From Candidatus Parvarchaeota archaeon (GTDB taxonomy: Archaea; Nanobdellota; Nanobdellia; JAFCGN01): a stretch of DNA of 54,090 nt. Made by a program: the position numbers and the translations under genes. The notes beneath the pieces were generated by a model. That model ran no database searches, was not told the DNA's origin, and was given only the letters and a program-made list of their open reading frames with translations. The stretch lies in contig JAFCEQ010000002.1 of assembly GCA_017609105.1 (NCBI GenBank), forward strand, positions 1-54,090. Direction: 5' to 3'. Shown here one piece after another: positions 47,779 to 54,090 of the stretch (its first letter is position 1; every line of letters starts with the position of its first letter).

Positions 47779-48819
47779 TTAATCTTTTTTCAATAATTCT
47801 TTCATTCTTTCCTTAACTAAATACCAATCTTTTTCTAATACGTGCCCGCCGGCAGCTTTCACATGCCCGCCGGCAGCACTTTGTTGAAATCCTGCTACAA
47901 TTTCTTTTGCTAATTTGCTTAAATCCACTTTTCCGTCTGTTCTTCTTAAATGAAATTTTATTATATTTCCTTTGTTCTCATAAATTACAATTGTTTTATG
48001 CTTATACTTGCTTCCTAAAATGCTTGAAATCGGGGAACCTAAATTAAATTTAGAATGTATTTGGTAGAAGAAGATGTTTTTAAAAACTTCTTTTTCTTTT
48101 TTAAATAATTCAATTTGTTTCTCAATTTCTAAATCAACTTTTTTTGACCAATTCTTTAATACTTCGCTGTTTTTTTCAAATTCATTGATTGTCAAATTTT
48201 TTCTTAAAATTTTAAATGCTTTCATCGCGCCCTTAGCGCCATTATACACTCTCCCACTGCTAATGAGTTTATCAAATTCTCCGAATTTTGTTAAATAAAC
48301 ATCTTTGTTATAAGGCAGGTCATATTTTTTCAAAGTTTTTTTCACAAAATCCTTGTAAATATTAAAACCACTGTCACCAATTAATCCAACACAAGCAATC
48401 CAATCAAGATTTTCAACAAGTTTTGGAAATTCTTTATTAAGAACATCAAAAATGTATTTTGAAGCAGGATAATATTTTTCATTACCTTCAAGCAAAGGAT
48501 TAAAATGATAGCAGTTCTTCACTTTATTTAAGTTATTAGTTATTATGTGGTGATCCATTACAATAACTTTTTTTACAGAAGCAATTTCTTCAATACTTTC
48601 TATATTTGAATCAACGCTTAAATCAACAAAAATAGCAGTGTCAGAAGAACTTTTTTTTATTTTTTCAAGAGTTTGCTTGGAAAAACTCGGATTTATTGAC
48701 AAGAATAATTCTCCTTCTTTACCAATTCTTTCCAAAAAAGCGTTCATTAAAACTCCAGAACACACTCCATCAGTATCAATATGAAAAAGCAAGTCATAAC
48801 TTCCAATTCCTTCAAACAA
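47779..48819 (-). CDS. DHH/DHHA1-family phosphoesterase (RecJ/NrnA-like)
   Basis: HIDTDGVCSG (motif I), VDLS, VMDHHI (DHH), C-terminal GGH DHHA1 motif present twice (AAGGHVKAAGGHV). Confidence 0.8.
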   Translation of the reverse strand: MFEGIGSYDLLFHIDTDGVCSGVLMNAFLERIGKEGELFLSINPSFSKQTLEKIKKSSSDTAIFVDLSVDSNIESIEEIASVKKVIVMDHHIITNNLNKVKNCYHFNPLLEGNEKYYPASKYIFDVLNKEFPKLVENLDWIACVGLIGDSGFNIYKDFVKKTLKKYDLPYNKDVYLTKFGEFDKLISSGRVYNGAKGAMKAFKILRKNLTINEFEKNSEVLKNWSKKVDLEIEKQIELFKKEKEVFKNIFFYQIHSKFNLGSPISSILGSKYKHKTIVIYENKGNIIKFHLRRTDGKVDLSKLAKEIVAGFQQSAAGGHVKAAGGHVLEKDWYLVKERMKELLKKD

Positions 48820-48885
48820 ATTTTTTATTTTAATTTTACACCACCATAATATTTATAAACAAAGTAATACTTCATATTACTTGGT

Positions 48886-49188
48886 ATGATAAACGATTAC
48901 AAACTTTCGTTGGTTAATTTTGCTCTTGAACTTCGTAACATGTGTTTTAGGAATATTTTTTTTAATTTAAATCTTGTTAATGAACTTAATAATGATTTTA
49001 AGGATTTTATTGAACAATTATTGGAGTTTCCTTTAACTAAAGAGGATTATCAATTTGTTTCTCGTTCTTTGAAAGAATTAATTATTTATGCGGATAATGG
49101 AGGTGATGCCTTAGACATTTTTAATTATTGTAAGAATGTTCTTTTGAAAAAAAGAAATAATTTAAGAGTTCACCCATTAAGGTCTTAA
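48886..49188 (+). CDS. hypothetical protein
   Basis: 100-aa ORF. No motif recognised. Confidence 0.35.
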   Translation: MINDYKLSLVNFALELRNMCFRNIFFNLNLVNELNNDFKDFIEQLLEFPLTKEDYQFVSRSLKELIIYADNGGDALDIFNYCKNVLLKKRNNLRVHPLRS

Positions 49189-49217
49189 TTTTTTTTTCTT
49201 TTTTTAATTTTTTTTCA

Positions 49218-49877
49218 TTAAAAAGCGTATTTTATTGACATTGCTATTATCCTGTTCCCTATTTCTTTTGATTTGTTCGCTATTTGAGTTATTGTGAAAA
49301 TAATATCTTTTAGTATTCTTACTTCTCTTGTTTTAATATCGAGTTTGTGTGTTTCTTTGTAAATTTTGTATTCATTGCTTCTTACTTCATCTCTTACTTC
49401 TCCTATTCTTTTTGCAATTTCTCTTGACAAACTGAAATCTTTTTTTAATTTATGTATTGAATCTTTTAGTAATCTAACCGCGTCTATTGTTTTTTGAGTT
49501 AAAATAATTGTTTTTTCTTTTACTTCTTTCGGCATTTTTATTTTGCTTATTTCCATAAGCCTTGTTGCCCTATCACTTAAATCTGCTAATTCATCAATTT
49601 CATTTATTAAATTAAACCAATCCTCGCTTGAATACGGGAGTAATCTTCCGTTGAATAATTCTTTTGTAAGGTGTTCAACAATTACATCGCACTCAACTTC
49701 TTTTTTGCTTACAATAATTGCTTTTTCCTCCATTTCTTTTTCATTTAAAAAATCTTTAATTGAATCCTCGAGTGTTAGAACTGTTTCATAAACTTTGTCA
49801 CTTAAATTGCTTAATTCATCAAAAATTATTGTTTCTGTTCCACTTATTTTTTTTAATATTTTTTTCCACATCTTCAT
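49218..49877 (-). CDS. DUF47/PhoU-like phosphate transport regulator
   Basis: 219-aa helical protein with the pattern ...KKEVECDVIVEHL...PYSSEDWFNLINEIDELADLSD typical of DUF47 (TIGR00153-like). Divergently paired with a PiT transporter gene, a common arrangement. Confidence 0.72.
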   Translation of the reverse strand: MKMWKKILKKISGTETIIFDELSNLSDKVYETVLTLEDSIKDFLNEKEMEEKAIIVSKKEVECDVIVEHLTKELFNGRLLPYSSEDWFNLINEIDELADLSDRATRLMEISKIKMPKEVKEKTIILTQKTIDAVRLLKDSIHKLKKDFSLSREIAKRIGEVRDEVRSNEYKIYKETHKLDIKTREVRILKDIIFTITQIANKSKEIGNRIIAMSIKYAF

Positions 49878-49929
49878 TTTATATTTAAAATCGGTGTTTT
49901 TTTATAAAATAATCGTTTAATGTTAATTT

Positions 49930-50850
49930 ATGATTGAAGTATTGCTTGCTTTGTTTGTTGCAATAGGCATGGGCTCTAATGAGGAGAGTTTTTCTTGTGT
50001 TGTAGCAAGCAAATCTTTGAAAATAAAGTGGATTGTTGTTTTAACGAGTATTGCTGTTTTTTTTGGAGCAATGTTTTTTGGACAATTAGTTAGTGAAACT
50101 TTTAATAGCATAACTAATGTTGAACCTAGTAATTCATTTATTATTGCTGTTTTATTGAGTATTGGTTTTTGGTTTATGTTTGCTAATATTTTCGGTCTGC
50201 CCATTTCAACTACAACAAGTGTTGTTGGCGCTCTTTCTGGCGCAGCATTAATGGTTGGGGGAAGCATTAATTTTATTATAATTAGGGATATTGTTCTTTC
50301 TTGGTTTTTTTCTCCTTTAATGGGTTTCTTGTTTGCTTATTTTTTGGATAAACTTATTTTAATGATTATTGTTAAGAACACTCATAATTTTAGGCAAAGA
50401 GAATTAATTGAAAGGATTTCTTCAAGATTATTAATTCTTGTAACTCTTGTTTTAGTGTTTTTTAGAGGAGCTAATGATGTTGCTAATGCTGTTTTTTTCT
50501 TTGTTCCTGAGAACCCTTTTAAATTTAAGTTATTAGGCGCTATTGGCATGAGTTTAGGTGCTTTATTTTTTAGCGGGAGATTGATTAAACATGTTGGAAC
50601 AAAATTAACTGAATTAAATCCTTCTTCTTCTCTTTCAACTCAAATTAGTTCAATGCTTGTTGTTGCATTATTTACTTTTCTTAAAATGCCTGTGAGCGGT
50701 TCAACCGTGTTTGTTTCAGGGCTTGTTGGTTCAGGACTCGCGAGAAACAAGAAAGTTAATTCGAACACTTTTTATAACATGCTTTTCTCTTGGGTAATCA
50801 CTCTTCCAGCTTGTGCTTTATTAAGCGCTGTCTTTATTTTTTTATTATGA
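49930..50850 (+). CDS. PiT-family inorganic phosphate/sulfate transporter
   Basis: Polytopic 306-aa protein with the RGANDVANAV signature in the second half. The first-half signature is degenerate (GMGSNEESFS). Confidence 0.78.
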   Translation: MIEVLLALFVAIGMGSNEESFSCVVASKSLKIKWIVVLTSIAVFFGAMFFGQLVSETFNSITNVEPSNSFIIAVLLSIGFWFMFANIFGLPISTTTSVVGALSGAALMVGGSINFIIIRDIVLSWFFSPLMGFLFAYFLDKLILMIIVKNTHNFRQRELIERISSRLLILVTLVLVFFRGANDVANAVFFFVPENPFKFKLLGAIGMSLGALFFSGRLIKHVGTKLTELNPSSSLSTQISSMLVVALFTFLKMPVSGSTVFVSGLVGSGLARNKKVNSNTFYNMLFSWVITLPACALLSAVFIFLL

Positions 50851-50933
50851 AATTTTTTTTTTGCACAAAGTTTTTTTCTTATACAAAAATTTTATATTAT
50901 TCTTTCTTGTTTTTTTTATTTGGTGGTTTTATA

Positions 50934-51968
50934 ATGGATGTTAACTCTAAAATGAATTTTATTGCTCGTAATACGCAAGAAATAGTAACTAAAAAAGAAT
51001 TTAGGGAATTGCTTGAGAAAGAAAAAAAACCTGTTGTTTATTGGGGTACTGCTCCTACAGGTAAAGTGCATGTTGGTTATTACATTCCTATGATTAAATT
51101 AGCGGATTTTGTTAGAACGGGTTTTAAGGTAAAAGTTTTGATTGCTGATTTGCATGCTCATTTAGATGATTTAAAAACTCCTTGGGAGTTATTAGAACAC
51201 AGGTCAAAATATTATGAGCTTTGTGTTAAAGCAATGCTTAAATCTCTTGGCGTGAACTTAAAGCAAATAAAATTTGTTCGTGGTTCTGATTTTCAATTAA
51301 CTCCTAATTATTCTAGGGATTTATTAAGATTAGTGGCAATAGTAACTCTTAATCGTTCAAGAAGAGCTGCAAGCGAGGTTGTTAGGTTTAAAGAAGATCC
51401 TAAGCTTGGAGGATTCATTTATCCTTTAATGCAGACATTGGATGTTCCTTATTTGGAAGCAGATGTTGCTTTCGGCGGTGTGGATCAAAGAGGGATTTAC
51501 ATGCTTTCAAGAGAAATTCTTCCTGAGATTGGTTATAAAAAACCGATTTGCGTTTTTAATCCAATGCTTCCAGGACTTACTGGGGAGAAGATGAGTGCAA
51601 GTGTTAAAAAATCTAAGATTGACTTGCTTGATTCTGAAGAAGAAGTTGAGATGAAAATTAATTCAGCTTATTGTCCTAAAGGTATTGTTGAGAAGAACGG
51701 TGTTTTAGCTTTTGTGGAGCACGTGATTTTTCCAATAAAAGATAATGTGAATGAAACTTTTTTGATTGAGCGTTCTCAAAAATTCGGTGGGAATCTTGAA
51801 TACAAGAATTATTCTGAATTAGTGAAGGATTATAGAAAAGGTGTTCTTCATCCTTTGGATTTAAAGAAAGCTGTGGCAAGGGAAATAAATGTTTTATTAA
51901 AGGTTGTGAGAAAAGAATTTGAAAATAAGAAAGAATTAGTTAAAAAAGCTTATCCAGAGGAGGAATGA
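50934..51968 (+). CDS. tyrS: tyrosyl-tRNA synthetase (archaeal type)
   Basis: YWGTAPTGKVHVGY (HIGH-type motif), KMSAS (KMSKS), GGVDQRG. I start it at ATG 50934 after GGTGG. The 48 upstream codons of the track ORF overlap the Pit gene and look non-coding. Confidence 0.92.
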   Translation: MDVNSKMNFIARNTQEIVTKKEFRELLEKEKKPVVYWGTAPTGKVHVGYYIPMIKLADFVRTGFKVKVLIADLHAHLDDLKTPWELLEHRSKYYELCVKAMLKSLGVNLKQIKFVRGSDFQLTPNYSRDLLRLVAIVTLNRSRRAASEVVRFKEDPKLGGFIYPLMQTLDVPYLEADVAFGGVDQRGIYMLSREILPEIGYKKPICVFNPMLPGLTGEKMSASVKKSKIDLLDSEEEVEMKINSAYCPKGIVEKNGVLAFVEHVIFPIKDNVNETFLIERSQKFGGNLEYKNYSELVKDYRKGVLHPLDLKKAVAREINVLLKVVRKEFENKKELVKKAYPEEE

Positions 51969-51969
51969 A

Positions 51970-52539
51970 TTGTTTTTTCATAAGTGTTCTTCTTGCAAGA
52001 AAAAAATAAAAAAAGCGATTTTTGTTAGAACGCAGAATAATCATTATTGTTCTTATTGTTTTGTGCGCTTTATTGAAAGAAAGTTTAAGGCTAATCTCAG
52101 TAAGAATAACTTAATTGATGAGGGCGACGTGATTAAATTAAGTAAGTCAAGGAAGCCTAATGTTTTAGCAGTGAATCATATTTTTCATAAAATATTTGAT
52201 GATAATCCAAGCATTAATTTATCTTATAAACGTGGTAATAAAAGAGTTAATTATTTAGTAGCAGAGGAGCTTTTATTTGATTTTTTAAATAAAATTGGGG
52301 ATAATGAAAGTTTTTTCTTTTCTGTGAAAAAAGTTAATCAAATATTTCCTTGTTATAATTTTATGTTAGAGGATTTTGAAAATTATTGTAAGGCAAAAAA
52401 AATTGAATTCATTAAGAAAGGGTTTGCAAGAAAACAGGAAATTTTGTTGAAAAATTTTTTGGATTCAATAATTAAAATACGTCCTGGAGCTGTTTATAGT
52501 GCAATAAGAACGCTTGAGGAGTTGGATTTAGTGAAATGA
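51970..52539 (+). CDS. TtuA/NcsA-like zinc-ribbon protein lacking the PP-loop (probably catalytically inactive)
   Basis: CSSC...CSYCFVRFIERKF matches the N-terminal zinc finger plus helix of tRNA 2-thiolation enzymes. The SGGKDS PP-loop position reads LSKSRKPN. The C-terminal KIRPG motif is retained. Only 189 aa. TTG start. Confidence 0.5.
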   Translation: MFFHKCSSCKKKIKKAIFVRTQNNHYCSYCFVRFIERKFKANLSKNNLIDEGDVIKLSKSRKPNVLAVNHIFHKIFDDNPSINLSYKRGNKRVNYLVAEELLFDFLNKIGDNESFFFSVKKVNQIFPCYNFMLEDFENYCKAKKIEFIKKGFARKQEILLKNFLDSIIKIRPGAVYSAIRTLEELDLVK

Positions 52540-52566
52540 AATCAAATTCAAAAGAGGTTTTGAAAA

Positions 52567-52896
52567 ATGGTTCATGAAAAAATTATTAATTCTGTTGAGG
52601 AAGTAATCATTATTTCACCGAGAGGAGAGTTTAAAACAAAGGCAAGAATTGATACTGGAGCTTATAGGACTAGTGTTGATAAGGATTTTGTGCTTTCTCT
52701 TGGTTTAAAAATTTTAGATAATAAAGTTATGGTTAGGAGTGCGAGCGGAAGACAAGAAAGGAGTTTATGCGAGTTAGAGTTTGAACTTAAAGGAGTTAAA
52801 ATAAAAACGATTTCTTCTGTTTCTGAAAGAAAGCATATGAAATATAAAATGATTATTGGTAGAAAGGATTTAAAAAACTTTTTGGTTAAACCATAA
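52567..52896 (+). CDS. RimK-associated retropepsin-like aspartic protease (DUF785 family)
   Basis: 109 aa with ARIDTGAYRTSVD (DTG aspartic protease signature). Immediately upstream of rimK, the usual partner. Confidence 0.75.
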   Translation: MVHEKIINSVEEVIIISPRGEFKTKARIDTGAYRTSVDKDFVLSLGLKILDNKVMVRSASGRQERSLCELEFELKGVKIKTISSVSERKHMKYKMIIGRKDLKNFLVKP

Positions 52897-52976
52897 GTTT
52901 TAAAATGTGTTTTTATTTGCTATTAAATAAATGGTGTGGTTGTTTAATTAATAATTATGAGTAAAGTGATTTAATA

Positions 52977-53957
52977 ATGAAAGTTTGTCTTCTTGCTTAT
53001 AAAAAAATAAGTTTTTCTAAGAAATATTACCTTCATTTAGTGGAGGAATTAAAGAAAAAATTTGATAGCGTGCTTCTCGCTAATATAGAAAATGTTACTC
53101 TTAAAGTTGATTCCACAGGGCTTACGAGAATTTTTTATAAGAATCAGAAACTTGATGACTTTGATGTGATTATTCCAAGAATCGGGCCTAGTTATGTTAA
53201 TTTTTGGCAGTTAATTCATCAAGAATTAAAAAATAATACTTATATTCCTAATTCTGTGGATTCTTATAAGATTGCTAAAAACAAGTTTTTAACTTTGATG
53301 AAATTGAATGAAAATAATATTCCTGTTCCAAAAACAATTTTATCAATTGATATTGATTTAGCGAAAAAAAAATTGGTTGAATTAGGCGAGCCATTAATAA
53401 TAAAGAAGATGAGCAGTAGTGGTGGGAGGGGCGTGATTTTTTCAAAAGATATTAAAAGTGCGAACACTGTTTTAGATGCTTTACCTCATAAGAGCGGGGA
53501 GGAAATTTTTCTTGAAGAATACATTCCAAACCCGGGTGAGGACATAAGATTATTTGTTGTTGGTGATGAAGTTGTTGCTTGCGCTAAAAGAGTTGCTAAA
53601 AAAGAAGATATTAGAAGCAATATTCATGCAGGAGGAACTTATAAGAATTACACTCCAACAGCGGAAATGAAGAGGTTGGCTTTAAAATCTGCTAAGACAA
53701 TAGGCGCTGATATTTGCGGCGTGGATATTATTGAAGGCCCTGAAGGACCTGTGATCGTGGAAGTTAATATGAATCCAGGTTTTACTATAAGTGATATAAC
53801 AGGGGTTAATATTGCTAAAAGAATATCAGATTTTATTTATGCTGAAGCGAATCTTTTTTGGAAGAGAAAAAGAAACAAACTCCTTTATGATAAGTTAAGT
53901 GTTAGATGGGAGAATGTTGTGAATAACATAATAAGAAAATTTAATTTTGAAAAATAA
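52977..53957 (+). CDS. rimK: RimK-family ATP-grasp ligase (alpha-L-glutamate ligase-like)
   Basis: ATP-grasp motifs: PLIIKKMSSSGGRGV, EEYIPNPGEDIRLFVVGDEV, GVDIIEGPEGPVIVEVNMNPGF. Confidence 0.88.
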   Translation: MKVCLLAYKKISFSKKYYLHLVEELKKKFDSVLLANIENVTLKVDSTGLTRIFYKNQKLDDFDVIIPRIGPSYVNFWQLIHQELKNNTYIPNSVDSYKIAKNKFLTLMKLNENNIPVPKTILSIDIDLAKKKLVELGEPLIIKKMSSSGGRGVIFSKDIKSANTVLDALPHKSGEEIFLEEYIPNPGEDIRLFVVGDEVVACAKRVAKKEDIRSNIHAGGTYKNYTPTAEMKRLALKSAKTIGADICGVDIIEGPEGPVIVEVNMNPGFTISDITGVNIAKRISDFIYAEANLFWKRKRNKLLYDKLSVRWENVVNNIIRKFNFEK

Positions 53958-53959
53958 TG

Positions 53960-54090
53960 GTTAATCTTCAAACAAGAGTTCTTGCAGACCTTCTATCTTT
54001 GATTTATTCTTTTTGTCAGGCGTTTTTTTCTTATTTTCAACAAGCCAAAGCAAGTTATTTAACTTATTTCTCGCTTCATTTTTCATTCTT
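53960..54090 (-). CDS. 3' end of an ORF entering from beyond the window (or a 41-codon ORF from ATG 54086)
   Basis: The reverse strand reads ...RMKNEARNKLNNLLWLVENKKKTPDKKNKSKIEGLQELLFED-stop (stop complement at 53960-53962). The frame is open to the window edge. Confidence 0.25.

Noticed and set aside
50790-50933. 48-codon N-terminal extension of the TyrRS ORF
   Set aside because: It overlaps the 3' end of the Pit gene and has a hydrophobic junk-like sequence. ATG 50934 is preceded by GGTGG and gives a normal-length TyrRS starting MDVNSK.

Overview
AT-rich (about 30% GC by eye), very gene-dense archaeal chromosome segment with about 60 protein genes, 5 tRNAs and an SRP RNA. Archaeal hallmarks: proteasome beta, aCPSF1/FttA, archaeal DnaG, SMC-ScpA-ScpB, Cdc48, LonB, TldD/PmbA, Hef helicase plus XPF nuclease, RNase HII-NurA-HerA-Mre11-Rad50, TruD, Trm56, Nog1-type GTPase, TyrRS, RimK, a Methanococcus/Pyrococcus-type S-layer protein, an initiator tRNA with A1:U72 and an intron-containing tRNA-Leu. 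Short proteins, many start/stop overlaps, a split Hef and decayed genes suggest a small-genome (DPANN-like) archaeon; this is inference only. I saw no CRISPR array, transposase, integrase or recognisable defence gene, and I cannot point to a clear-cut novel multi-gene system. Signals the ordinary annotation does not explain: (1) a GC-rich multi-hairpin element of about 140 nt present twice in direct orientation (9963-10111 and 19135-19272; 94 nt with one mismatch); (2) a perfect 50-bp tandem duplication over the RBS and start codon of the proteasome beta gene, creating a stop/start-overlapping uORF; (3) an H/ACA-like GC island upstream of dnaG; (4) a helicase / P-loop kinase / XPF nuclease / archaeosortase-like co-directional cluster; (5) a cell-envelope island (S-layer, CARDB-like and Cys-rich surface proteins, processive GT2 with an overlapping partner); (6) gene decay, namely an 82-aa Dph2 remnant and a PP-loop-less TtuA/NcsA-like protein. 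All product calls rest on motifs read from the translations, not on database searches.
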